DNA of 64,000 nucleotides, from positions 25,758 to 89,757 of IMG/VR virus record IMGVR_UViG_3300033066_000386; one strand, 5' to 3'. How positions within the stretch are numbered: the stretch's first letter is position 1; every line of letters starts with the position of its first letter. Shown piece by piece: positions 1 through 9,112 of the stretch. A program made the position numbers and the translations under genes. Under the pieces are notes generated by a model. That model made no database searches. It was not told where the DNA came from and saw nothing but the letters and a program-made list of their open reading frames with translations. Source of the DNA: a virus. Lineage: Duplodnaviria; Caudoviricetes.

Positions 1-218
1 ACCGTTCCACCCGCTGCACTGACAATCGTTCCGGCCACCACCTGGGTAACACCAGCATCCCACGTATCGCCAATCTTCTTGATTTGGCAATACACCGATA
101 CGGCCACGAAGTCGGTCAAGAGGTTGATGACTTCATCCGTGTTGTAGTCCATGAACGTGTAGATACCGATTACCACCGGCATGTTCACGCGAATCGGGTC
201 TGAGTATTGGACTGACAT
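1..218 (-). CDS. hypothetical virion-associated protein (partial, runs off left edge)
   Basis: Hand-translated open frame MSVQYSDPIRVNMPVVIG...AAGGT from ATG at 218; co-oriented with structural genes; not in ORF track. Confidence 0.45.
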   Translation of the reverse strand, partial: MSVQYSDPIRVNMPVVIGIYTFMDYNTDEVINLLTDFVAVSVYCQIKKIGDTWDAGVTQVVAGTIVSAAGGT

Positions 219-220
219 AG

Positions 221-391
221 TTAGCAACTCGTGGAACTAGAACCACCCACTGCCGGAATACTCAAGGCCGTGTAGCCCACGGCAGGGATGCTCATTGCCG
301 TGTGCCCTACCGCTGGTATCTGAATAAAGGGCACGGGGGCCACCGCCGATGACCCTCCCATCAATACCCCTGGAACCAATAGTGCGAGCAT
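221..391 (-). CDS. small 56-aa hydrophobic protein with three IPAVG repeats
   Basis: Hand-translated MLALLVPGVLMGG...QIPAVGHTAMSIPAVGYTALSIPAVGGSSSTSC; fills gap between neighbouring genes. Confidence 0.5.
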   Translation of the reverse strand: MLALLVPGVLMGGSSAVAPVPFIQIPAVGHTAMSIPAVGYTALSIPAVGGSSSTSC

Positions 392-421
392 GATTCACCT
401 TTAGCGAAGCATCATACAGCC

Positions 422-1915
422 TTAATCGGCTGCCGTAAAGCCTTGTAGGTTTACGAGAACCCCTTGCGTGGCCGTGTTGGTCACTTCGGCAATCACGATG
501 GCCGTATTGGCCGTTCCTTGCAAGGGCCGAGCGAAGGATAAGGCATAGCCCCCACCGTTGGCTTGTGCCCATCCGCGATGGATGACCGTACCGCTAGGAC
601 CGTCTTTAATCACCACTTCCGTGCCGGTGGTGTTGTTTGAGTTAATCACTTGAAGGGCACTAATGTAATTCCGAATTCCTGCCCCTGATGCCGCCTTGGC
701 AGTCACTTCGACGCTGTTGAGGATTCCACCTGCCGGGGCTGCATATTGCCAGCTCAAGGAGCTTGGGGCATAGGGTTGAAAAACTTGTTTGCCCAAGGCA
801 TCGGCATAGCCATTGACCCGATCCGCATTAGCCACTGCTGTTGGGTCACTAGTCCTGGCTTGGTATCCAACCTTGACCGGATTGCCGGAGTCCGCTGTAT
901 CGCTGGCCACATCCCCTTGCGTGTTCACCGTATTGGTGATGGAGGTCAAGGTGGTGATATTCCAAGTGCCGGATTGAGTGGCTGCTACCGTACCCGTTAC
1001 GGTAACGGTCGGCATGGTCAACACATCAATCTGTAGCTCACCGCTAGCATCCGTCTTGAACACCCTTGCATTGGTTCCATCCGTGCCCACCCCCACGAAT
1101 CCCTTGGTTGGGATGGCCGCTCCCGTTGTTCCTACCGCATCGTCTAGCAATTGGAGGGAAGTGGTCTGGCTCTGTTGCTCGGCTAGAGTAGAGGCTCCCG
1201 TTGGGAGAGATACCGTGCCACTAATGTTGGTGACGTTCCACACACCGGACTGTGCGGCTTGAGTCGCAAAGGTTCCAGCGTTCGTAACCGCAATCGTCGT
1301 GTTAGAAAAGGCTACCGTTCCACTGACTGGTTGGGTAACGGCACTGCCGTCTACCTTCAAGGCAGTCATGGATGCGATGCCCTGCACGGTGATTACGTCA
1401 CTCGATGCGGTCCCAGCCGTTCCTAATGCTGGTTGCTTTGCAGCAGTTGAAGCCCCTGTTGGGAGGGATACCGTACCGCTAACATTGGTGATATTCCATG
1501 TACCGCTCTGGGTTGCTGCTACCGTCGATAGGGGCGTGAGCGTAGATATCTGTGCTGCCGTCAGCACCACCGGAACCGATGCCGCTGACAGGGCTTGACC
1601 CAAGGCTGGAGTCTTACCGTCGATAGAGGCCAGGGAAGCAATCTCCGTCGCTTGGTTGGCTGCTGTAGCCGGTCCAATGAAACTAGAGCCATCCGATATC
1701 CTTACGGCAACCGGAGTGCCTACGGGAGCGTCTACGGTGAGGCTGCCACCGGCATCGCTAATGGGCAATCCAGTGCTGGAGGTGACTTCCGTAAAGGTTC
1801 CGTTCGGACCAAACATGAGCTTGATCCACTGAACCTGCGCACCGCTGCCGTTTTCGTCAGAGGCAATCGTGGCCCCTGTTCCCACGGGGGCCGAAAGAAC
1901 CACATTATCAGCCAA
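422..1915 (-). CDS. virion structural/fibre-like protein, Thr/Ala/Gly/Ser-rich with internal repeats
   Basis: 497 aa, TTG start; repeats QSGTWNITNVSGTVSLPTGAS / QSGVWNVTNISGTVSLPTGAS; beta-rich C-terminal domain; structural gene context. Confidence 0.6.
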   Translation of the reverse strand: MADNVVLSAPVGTGATIASDENGSGAQVQWIKLMFGPNGTFTEVTSSTGLPISDAGGSLTVDAPVGTPVAVRISDGSSFIGPATAANQATEIASLASIDGKTPALGQALSAASVPVVLTAAQISTLTPLSTVAATQSGTWNITNVSGTVSLPTGASTAAKQPALGTAGTASSDVITVQGIASMTALKVDGSAVTQPVSGTVAFSNTTIAVTNAGTFATQAAQSGVWNVTNISGTVSLPTGASTLAEQQSQTTSLQLLDDAVGTTGAAIPTKGFVGVGTDGTNARVFKTDASGELQIDVLTMPTVTVTGTVAATQSGTWNITTLTSITNTVNTQGDVASDTADSGNPVKVGYQARTSDPTAVANADRVNGYADALGKQVFQPYAPSSLSWQYAAPAGGILNSVEVTAKAASGAGIRNYISALQVINSNNTTGTEVVIKDGPSGTVIHRGWAQANGGGYALSFARPLQGTANTAIVIAEVTNTATQGVLVNLQGFTAAD

Positions 1916-1916
1916 T

Positions 1917-2033
1917 TTATACCCCCACCCCTAGAAGGGAACGGAAAATCACATTGGGAGCCGTGAATGAGGTCTGATAGAAGAACGGTCCCGCACCGAA
2001 CGGAATGTAGCCAAAGGGAGAATAACCGTACAT
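1917..2033 (-). CDS. small 38-aa aromatic-rich protein
   Basis: Hand-translated MYGYSPFGYIPFGAGPFFYQTSFTAPNVIFRSLLGVGV; tightly packed between neighbours. Confidence 0.4.
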   Translation of the reverse strand: MYGYSPFGYIPFGAGPFFYQTSFTAPNVIFRSLLGVGV

Positions 2034-2036
2034 GAA

Positions 2037-2324
2037 TCACCCCACCGTAATCGTCACAACTTCCGCCATTGCCGACACCTGTTCGGACGCTTTCTTGCGT
2101 TGATCAGCAATCGCCGATTCCAACTGCTTGTTGACCTTGGACCGCAAGTGATCCCCCAGCCATGCCAACAATTCGTTCTTGGCAAAATCTAGCTTCGATA
2201 CAGGATTATCGATGACCTTGCCGTCGCCGCCGTTCATTTGCGATTGATAACCCTTGTTCTCGCAGATGGCTTCCACGCACAGATCGAATTGCTCATCAGG
2301 AGCGGAAATCGTAATACTCTTCAT
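2037..2324 (-). CDS. hypothetical protein
   Basis: 95-aa ORF with SD (gagg), operon packing. Confidence 0.6.
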   Translation of the reverse strand: MKSITISAPDEQFDLCVEAICENKGYQSQMNGGDGKVIDNPVSKLDFAKNELLAWLGDHLRSKVNKQLESAIADQRKKASEQVSAMAEVVTITVG

Positions 2325-2332
2325 GTGTACCT

Positions 2333-2620
2333 CTAGGGAATGATTCTTCCGTCACTCAGTTTGTACAGGTTGTCATCGTGATTGTTGTCCACGATGAACG
2401 TGTTGATCGCTGCCAGCGAACCCAAAGCATTGTCCATCTCTTCGTCCGTGATTCCCTGATTGTTTCCAGTAAAGTCGGCATCACCAATAGTCGTACCAGC
2501 GTCTATTTGCTGGGCCATCCTTCCTAATGAAACGGCACTCTCGATGGTCCTCAATAGGTCCGTCGATACCTTGCGAACGTCGTTAATGAAGTTCGTCTTC
2601 TGATTCGCAGTAAGAGACAT
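2333..2620 (-). CDS. hypothetical protein
   Basis: 95-aa ORF with SD (aggag), operon packing. Confidence 0.6.
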   Translation of the reverse strand: MSLTANQKTNFINDVRKVSTDLLRTIESAVSLGRMAQQIDAGTTIGDADFTGNNQGITDEEMDNALGSLAAINTFIVDNNHDDNLYKLSDGRIIP

Positions 2621-2688
2621 AGCACTTCTCCTGATTGAAGATTGTCAACCAAATGGGCGAGCCATGATTCATTTGCCGTTTCATCGCC

Positions 2689-3768
2689 TTACTTATCCAC
2701 GGTGTCGTATAGTGCCAGCCATGAGCCAGCCCCAAGCGTCATCGTTCCGGTTGCCGTTGTATCCTCCGATGCTCGAAGAATAAACGTCCCACCGGCATTC
2801 ACTTCCAAGTAGCCTTGCACGAAGATTCGTGTCGTCCCAGTTACGCTCGTGTAGTTCAGGTCCGTGTCTAACGCCGTAGCCGCAATCGTCCCTGGAACCA
2901 CCGTGCCGCCCACCGCGTTGAAGGCCACGTCGAACGTCGTCCGAGTTGCCGTACCACCGTCGAAGTCGAATTTGGCCCCTTCCCCCGCCACGCTGTTGCT
3001 GACGATGAGGTAGCCTGTGATTCGATAACTACGCCCTGCAATGACCGTTATGCTAAGATTGGTACTGGTAAGTGTGGCATCGCTGCGAGTGAATGCGGAT
3101 TCAAGTGCGGCTTCACCTGCGGAGTTCTGAATCCAGCCTGTGCCGGATGTACCGCCACTTCCCACACCCCACACGCCAGACGCCAGACGATATAAACTAA
3201 TGTCGCACGCTACACCATTTGGGTCCCCTGGACTTACAGCAAATGCACAATTATTTGTTTGTATAGCACCTGTTACGATCCGAAGGTAAGAATTCACAAA
3301 AAGTCTGTCATAAAAACAAAACTCTAATGCGCCAAGTCTCATTTTATTTGACCCAGAACTCTCAATATTCTGGATAAAAAATGTGGTTCCATCGTGGTAA
3401 AATAACACCTCATTGTTTCCAGGAGTGCCCCCTGGCTGACGCACAACCAACGTGCCTTCGGTCAACGGGGAGCAAGCGATGTACCTTGTCCCCGCCGACC
3501 AGTTCACCGCAGCGTTGCTGTTGGAAGAAGTGTAGATTGTCGTGCGTGCCAGCGTCGTGCCTGATGCCGTATACGTGCCTAAACCGTTCTCCCATCCGCC
3601 GCTAGGATTGCCACTGGCGTCTACTTCCCATGCCGAGTATTGGACCGTGTTGGCGTTGCCGACGATGGCGAAGGATTGGAAGCCCGTCACAGCACCGGCG
3701 AGCGTGTACGTGCCTACGCCAGTAGTTGTAGAGGACTCAAGTACCCTGTCCTGATTTGATAAAGTCAT
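2689..3768 (-). CDS. tail/virion-associated protein
   Basis: N-terminus DRVLESSTTTGVGTYTLAGAVTGFQSF resembles a common phage tail-protein N-terminal module; Gly/Thr-rich beta C-terminus. Confidence 0.6.
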   Translation of the reverse strand: MTLSNQDRVLESSTTTGVGTYTLAGAVTGFQSFAIVGNANTVQYSAWEVDASGNPSGGWENGLGTYTASGTTLARTTIYTSSNSNAAVNWSAGTRYIACSPLTEGTLVVRQPGGTPGNNEVLFYHDGTTFFIQNIESSGSNKMRLGALEFCFYDRLFVNSYLRIVTGAIQTNNCAFAVSPGDPNGVACDISLYRLASGVWGVGSGGTSGTGWIQNSAGEAALESAFTRSDATLTSTNLSITVIAGRSYRITGYLIVSNSVAGEGAKFDFDGGTATRTTFDVAFNAVGGTVVPGTIAATALDTDLNYTSVTGTTRIFVQGYLEVNAGGTFILRASEDTTATGTMTLGAGSWLALYDTVDK

Positions 3769-3851
3769 AAAACATTCCGGTTCTTACGTTGCCATTGGTT
3801 CCATTTCGGCATACAATGCTTGTGTCTATGTTCTCATTTAAGGAGCAATCT

Positions 3852-4460
3852 ATGCCAGCCAAAAGCCACGGAATGACCAATACCAAGGAATACCGCACTT
3901 GGGAAAACATGAAAAAACGCTGCCATTGCGTTACTGACCCTCATTACCCAAGGTGGGGAGGTCGAGGCATATTCGTTTGCGACGAATGGAAGAAATCCTT
4001 CATGGCGTTTTACAACGATATTGGCCCATGCCCTTCCAAAGATCATCAAATAGAGAGAATAAACAACGACGGTCCGTATTGCAAGGATAATTGCCGCTGG
4101 GCACACAAAAGCGAACAAGCCGCCAACACGAGAAAGAACGTCTTTCTTGTCTACAAAGGAGAAAGGAAAACCGTCAGCGAATGGGCAAGGACAATCGGCA
4201 TAGATGTGTCTGCCCTTAAGGGGAGGATTTATGGAGGATGGCCCGTAGAGAAAGCGATAGAGACTCCTTCTTACATTGGCAATCGGCTTCACGGAACCGC
4301 AATTGAATATCTCGGCCAAACGAAAAGTGTTGCCGCTTGGGCGCGACAATTCGGCGTCCCTTCTCTTCGCATAAGAAGAAGGCTTGCTTCTGGCATGAGT
4401 ATCCACGATGCAATCCATACGCCACTTCAACAAGGAAGGAAAAGGAACACCCGATCTTGA
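3852..4460 (+). CDS. HNH-type homing endonuclease, antisense to the structural operon
   Basis: YRTWENMKKRC...RWGGRGIFVC...IERINNDGPYCKDNCRWA motif plus repeated C-terminal YKGERKTVSEWAR/YLGQTKSVAAWAR modules; SD aaggag before ATG 3852. Confidence 0.8.
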   Translation: MPAKSHGMTNTKEYRTWENMKKRCHCVTDPHYPRWGGRGIFVCDEWKKSFMAFYNDIGPCPSKDHQIERINNDGPYCKDNCRWAHKSEQAANTRKNVFLVYKGERKTVSEWARTIGIDVSALKGRIYGGWPVEKAIETPSYIGNRLHGTAIEYLGQTKSVAAWARQFGVPSLRIRRRLASGMSIHDAIHTPLQQGRKRNTRS

Positions 4461-4508
4461 TTCGATAATGCCATTTAATTAACCGTGTATACTCGCGCGA
4501 CTAGAACT

Positions 4509-5468
4509 CTAGTTTGCCCAACTGACTTCTCGATACCGTGCCAAGATTCGTCTCACGCTCCCCAATTCTGGGTTCTCGGCATCGCTCAATAGTGAGTAAG
4601 AGTATGCACCTAGACTCTCGCTTTGTAGTAACGCTCCCATCGGTTGGGTGCGGATCATGACCGCCGTTAGTGCCTGGCAAGCGTAGGTCAAGTCCGGGGG
4701 GATTTGATCGGGGGCATAGCCTGCGGTGTAACACACCTTGATGTTGCCCATCCCTACCGGCCATCCCGCTAGCCTTGCTGCGGAGAGCTTGCCCAATTGG
4801 AAGGTCTGTTGTCCGTAACCGCCTCCGCCCCATCCCCACCATGCACCGATGTTGCCGCCGATTCTCCGTACCAATCCTCTGTGTGAAACCATCTCTCCAT
4901 CCACCATCACGGCGTAGTTATTGCCTTGGGTTAGGAGGCTCGTGTCAGCGAATCCACCTTGACCTTGCCCGTAGTACCCTGCCGGGTTGAAGTAGATGGC
5001 TGGGCTACCCACTTGATAATCCGTTGCTAGCGTTCCCGTGCCGCCCGTGCAACCCGTGAAGGTGGTTGCCGTGGTTCCGGTGTAGGTGACAAGCGTTTGC
5101 GTTGTCGTCCCATTTTGGATCGATAGAGTCGGTGCAGGGACGTTGCTATCGCCGTTCTGTCCTGGATGGAAGCCAACCGTTGAGGCTACGTTGATGGTCC
5201 CTGTAGGCAGGGCTACTCCGTTGCTTCCTGCGGCTATCGTGGTGAGGCCCGACCATACCGGACGTTGCCGTAGAATCACGTCTACCTGGCCCGTGCCGTC
5301 GTAGAATTCCTGATAGGCTTCCATCTCCAGTCGTTGCTTGCACCACTGTTTAATCGAGGTGTCGGCAGCGTGGACCAGATTGTAGAGCCATTCATCGGAG
5401 GCCAAGGCCGGGAGATTTAAGCCCGGAATCAGCCTCACATTGGCGACGGTTGTCAGCACGTTAAGCAC
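4509..5468 (-). CDS. head-tail adaptor (gp6/gp15-like) with inserted beta-rich domain
   Basis: LVHAADTSIKQWC...IKVCYTAGY...IPPDLTYACQALTAVM...SESLGAYSYS pattern typical of head-tail connectors; position downstream of capsid genes. Confidence 0.7.
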   Translation of the reverse strand: MLNVLTTVANVRLIPGLNLPALASDEWLYNLVHAADTSIKQWCKQRLEMEAYQEFYDGTGQVDVILRQRPVWSGLTTIAAGSNGVALPTGTINVASTVGFHPGQNGDSNVPAPTLSIQNGTTTQTLVTYTGTTATTFTGCTGGTGTLATDYQVGSPAIYFNPAGYYGQGQGGFADTSLLTQGNNYAVMVDGEMVSHRGLVRRIGGNIGAWWGWGGGGYGQQTFQLGKLSAARLAGWPVGMGNIKVCYTAGYAPDQIPPDLTYACQALTAVMIRTQPMGALLQSESLGAYSYSLLSDAENPELGSVRRILARYREVSWAN

Positions 5469-5844
5469 TCACCTTTTGCAGACGTTTCTTTTCTTCCTCG
5501 GCACGCTTCTTCTCTTCCTGTCTCGTCTCGTCGAGATCGCGCATCCGCTGGATTGCCACGGCTTCCCCTAACGGGTAAATCCAGGCCACGGGCGGGATGA
5601 CGGCTTGGCGAAGGGGTTCTTCACCGCCCATGCGGGTGGGAAGCTGGCGGATCAAGGTCTTGACGCTCTTTTGTGGAACCGCACCTTTGGGGTCTTCCCA
5701 AGTACTAAGCCCGCCCTCATCCTTGGCCAAGCATTTCCAATTGCGTGAGGTCAAGTACTCGTTGCATTCATCGATTACCGATTTGTTCTGTTGCAAGAGT
5801 CCCGGTGGGGGGGCTTGCGGTCGTTTGCCTACTTCGTTTGCCAT
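5461..5844 (-). CDS. hypothetical protein
   Basis: 127-aa ORF in operon, overlaps next gene. Confidence 0.55.
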   Translation of the reverse strand: MANEVGKRPQAPPPGLLQQNKSVIDECNEYLTSRNWKCLAKDEGGLSTWEDPKGAVPQKSVKTLIRQLPTRMGGEEPLRQAVIPPVAWIYPLGEAVAIQRMRDLDETRQEEKKRAEEEKKRLQKVSA

Positions 5845-5846
5845 GA

Positions 5847-6713
5847 CTACTCTCCTACTTGAATGGTGATTCCGGCACTCGGCTTTTCCCCGATGGGAGA
5901 GCCAATGTGCTGGTTTTTGTGAACATGTTCCAAGGCTTTATCGGTTGGCCATTCTCCCCACGGATGCTCGTTGGAGAATGGGAAGTGACCCATATGCTTG
6001 AGCTTGACCTTGCGGGTGGCCATTACTTTGCCGCCCATTTTGGCGATCTCCCTTGAGATGTGCCAGTCGCTGGGGGCATGATGGGCCATCCATTTTCCGT
6101 CGTCGTTTCGTGCCACTCGGTCGTAGCCTGCGAAGTTGAGCTTGAGGATGCCGTTTTCGTCAACCTCGTTTCTCCACGCGCGACTAAAATTCATCAGAAT
6201 GCAACTGGTGTTGACCAGCAATCTCCGATCCGGGTAGCCGCAATCGACGTTATCGAAGGTCTCCGGTAGCCTATAGATTTCCTCCATCGTGATCCTACGG
6301 TGGACCAAGAAGGGGTTGTCATGACTGTCAATGGCCGTCGAGGATAGCCCGTTGAAATCCTTGATGGGTGAGACTGCCCCTAACAAGTCGCAATCGGTGC
6401 GGATCATCTCTTCCAAGAGAATGTCGATCCACCCGTTCTCCGGCACTACGTCATTGTGCAAGAGAGCGATATGCGTGATGGGGATATCGTTGGCTTCGAT
6501 GCTGTTAAGAGCCGCAGCCAAGAGGATGTTATGGCTACTAAAGCTGGTCTCGACCTGATCTTGGAATAGCTTGCCGTGCAGCTTGCTATCGGCACGCAAT
6601 GACCCTTGCCAGAATGCGCGGCTAGAGGTTGGATAGGTTTGCCCGTAAGTGCAGTGAAGACTCAGGACTCGAATGTCCTTGTAGGGGTCTTCTGATTCTT
6701 TCTCGTTGTCCAT
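5847..6713 (-). CDS. GT-A fold glycosyltransferase-like protein
   Basis: THIALLHNDVVP (DxD-equivalent), LLVNTSCIL, SDWHISR...GGKV...KLKHMG matches the layout of phage GT2-like enzymes. Confidence 0.65.
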   Translation of the reverse strand: MDNEKESEDPYKDIRVLSLHCTYGQTYPTSSRAFWQGSLRADSKLHGKLFQDQVETSFSSHNILLAAALNSIEANDIPITHIALLHNDVVPENGWIDILLEEMIRTDCDLLGAVSPIKDFNGLSSTAIDSHDNPFLVHRRITMEEIYRLPETFDNVDCGYPDRRLLVNTSCILMNFSRAWRNEVDENGILKLNFAGYDRVARNDDGKWMAHHAPSDWHISREIAKMGGKVMATRKVKLKHMGHFPFSNEHPWGEWPTDKALEHVHKNQHIGSPIGEKPSAGITIQVGE

Positions 6714-6747
6714 CTTGCTTGCTCCTCAAGTAGACAAGGGGGTTGTT

Positions 6748-6789
6748 AAAAAGCTGAGAGGGGGAAAGGGTGCACACCCGCCTCTCAGC
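6748..6789 (-). terminator. rho-independent terminator after decoration gene
   Basis: Minus strand gctgagagg...cctctcagc stem followed by TTTTT. Confidence 0.6.
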
Positions 6790-6806
6790 CGCGACTGGAA
6801 ACACGC

Positions 6807-7286
6807 TTAGATATTGCTGGTGTTCTGGACAACATAGGTGCTGTTGGCGGTCGGCACGTTGTCCTTGGCGGGTTTATAGGCCGACACATCCCCTTCGAGA
6901 ACGGCCCCGAAGAAGCTGGCACAGTTCGGATTGCAGAGGAGCATCAGGTAGCGTTTGCCGCTTGGCAATTGATCCGCTCGAATCTCGATCTGGCCGCACA
7001 TGTTGGCCGTCGGTGCAACCGTCGGGCCGTTGGTGACCGCCGACCATAGTCCGGTGCAAAGCGTGTTGGAGGAGTTGCTGGCAAGGAACGTTGCCGTAAC
7101 CGTGCAGCTCGCACCGACCGTTGCCCCGACGATGACCGTACCGCGCGCGCGACGAACGATGCTCATGTCGATTGCACCCGTAACCAACCCGGCAGCGTTG
7201 GATACCGAGTTGGCCGCATAGTTCGCCGTTGGCAACGGTTGAACCACCGCGATTGATTGGATCATTGTTTCTGTCATGGAAGCCAT
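6807..7286 (-). CDS. putative capsid decoration/cement protein
   Basis: 159-aa beta-rich protein directly after capsid gene; IDMS...RYLML pattern seen in post-MCP decoration proteins. Confidence 0.5.
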   Translation of the reverse strand: MASMTETMIQSIAVVQPLPTANYAANSVSNAAGLVTGAIDMSIVRRARGTVIVGATVGASCTVTATFLASNSSNTLCTGLWSAVTNGPTVAPTANMCGQIEIRADQLPSGKRYLMLLCNPNCASFFGAVLEGDVSAYKPAKDNVPTANSTYVVQNTSNI

Positions 7287-7310
7287 GATGATTCTCCTAT
7301 TAAAAAATGG

Positions 7311-8417
7311 TCAATTGAGAACTACGTAAGGGCTGACGGTTGTCGAACCATCACCGGCCATCGTGATCGGGCCGCTAACTTCGGGCCGTCCATCCATGCG
7401 GAGCCAAGTGCGGAATTGCGATTGATTGTTGGCGAATAACTGCTCGGTACTGATGTCGATCATCACTTCGCTCCTCACCCCAATCGTGTAGAGCGAGGGA
7501 TCGAACAGGATCAGGTCTCCTGCCGTGCCAAGGTTGGGCAGCTTATCCGTGACGAACAAAGGTCGGGATAGCAAGTAGCCCGCTTGTCCCGGTGCTGGAT
7601 CGGCCCAGTTCGGGGTGTAGCCCGTGACCTTGGTGATTTGGCCTAGTGCCGGTGGGCTGCACACCCAGATCGAATTGGTCCAAGAGTAGGGCAGTAGTGC
7701 CGCTGCCATGTTCGAGATATCGGCGATGGCGATGGCGTTGCCACCGGCCCTTGTCACCGATTTCTTGCCTGGGCAGTTGAGGATTCCCAAAGGCATGGAC
7801 GTGGCCGCTCCTAGCCCTCGTAAGAAGGCGTATTCGGAGTACCATGCGGCAGCCTTGCCGAACAGGTTGATGAGATAAGCATCCCCACCTGGTCCCAAGT
7901 CCATGAGGAAGTTGTTGGAGACGTTGCTATAGCCGATCAAATCCCAAGCGTTCAATTCGTTCTGCTTGAACGTGGGCTCGGTCTGAGATGGTGCTTGAGA
8001 GAACCCCCACGAGAAGGTCATGCCACCGAAATAGGGAGCAACCCCTGCGGATTGAATCGTCTCCACATTCAAGCGTGGTAATAGCGTCGTGGAGGAACCC
8101 ATCGGAACTCTAGTCGCGCGAGGATAAACGATGCTATTCTCTTCAATGGTCCGCATAAGTTCCAAGCTGAACTCTTTCGGAACCAAGTAGCCGCCCACTT
8201 CTCCTGTCGTCTCTCCCATAACCGTCTTGGTGGTTTGCACTGGGCTGACGTTGTGGTGACTACCGTAGGACTTCTCCAAGGTCTCGATGGCCGCATGCCG
8301 ACGGTAAGGGTCTTTATGCGTGGAGTCCTTGACCGCCTTGAGGAAGCCAACGAAAGAGCGGTCGGCGGGTTGCTCCACCTCCGTCTCTCTCATTCGTGTG
8401 TTCAATGCGGTTGCCAT
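7311..8417 (-). CDS. HK97-fold major capsid protein, paralog 2
   Basis: GETTGEVGGYLVPKEF...EPTF...GDLILFDPSLYTIGVR...FRTWLRMDGRP...SPYVVL. Confidence 0.9.
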   Translation of the reverse strand: MATALNTRMRETEVEQPADRSFVGFLKAVKDSTHKDPYRRHAAIETLEKSYGSHHNVSPVQTTKTVMGETTGEVGGYLVPKEFSLELMRTIEENSIVYPRATRVPMGSSTTLLPRLNVETIQSAGVAPYFGGMTFSWGFSQAPSQTEPTFKQNELNAWDLIGYSNVSNNFLMDLGPGGDAYLINLFGKAAAWYSEYAFLRGLGAATSMPLGILNCPGKKSVTRAGGNAIAIADISNMAAALLPYSWTNSIWVCSPPALGQITKVTGYTPNWADPAPGQAGYLLSRPLFVTDKLPNLGTAGDLILFDPSLYTIGVRSEVMIDISTEQLFANNQSQFRTWLRMDGRPEVSGPITMAGDGSTTVSPYVVLN

Positions 8418-8527
8418 ATTAACCTTGTGTTACAATGTACTTGGGTGAACCGACGGGTTCCGTAAGTGCTTCCTTGATGCATCCTGAGTCTTGGAAGCAG
8501 CCCCACTTTTTACTACAGGAGTCTCGT

Positions 8528-9112
8528 ATGTCACTGTTTCCGATCCCAACGTTTATTTGCACGGCTTGCAAAGAGCCTAAGGAAATTCGTTTCTTCAATC
8601 TTCGTAGAGACGGTAGGCCAACTACGCAATGCAAACTTTGTCAGAGAAAACGGTGTCGAGAAGCTACCCAGAGATACCGCAAAGGCAAACGTCCTGAAAT
8701 CGTCCCTGACCCTACTTCTCGAAAATTCACTTGCATACGCTGCAAGAAAACAATGGGCGAAGAATACTTCAACAAGAATGCCGCTCGTCATCGTGGCTGT
8801 GACAACCGCTGCAAAGAGTGTTCTTCCAAGGAGGTTTTCGATAGACGACTCAGATTCCAATTCGGCATCAGCGAAGATGACTACAATCGAATGCTGAAGA
8901 AACAGAAAAATCTGTGCTTCATTTGCCGAAAACCAGAATCAGCCGTTCATATGGGAAAGACTCCCAGGCTTAGCGTTGACCACTGCCACAAAACCAACAA
9001 GGTTCGTGGGCTACTCTGTTACGCTTGCAATCACTTAATTGGCTTTCTCGAACGTCACGGTAAGGTTCAGGTCGAGAAAGCTTGGAAGTATATTGCCGAG
9101 CATTCTAGTTAG
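8528..9112 (+). CDS. endonuclease VII-like homing endonuclease, antisense, between the two capsid genes
   Basis: QFGISEDDYNRML..Q...CFIC...LSVDHCHKTNKVRGLLCYACN motif; N-terminal CxxC repeats; SD aggag before ATG 8528. Confidence 0.85.
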   Translation: MSLFPIPTFICTACKEPKEIRFFNLRRDGRPTTQCKLCQRKRCREATQRYRKGKRPEIVPDPTSRKFTCIRCKKTMGEEYFNKNAARHRGCDNRCKECSSKEVFDRRLRFQFGISEDDYNRMLKKQKNLCFICRKPESAVHMGKTPRLSVDHCHKTNKVRGLLCYACNHLIGFLERHGKVQVEKAWKYIAEHSS

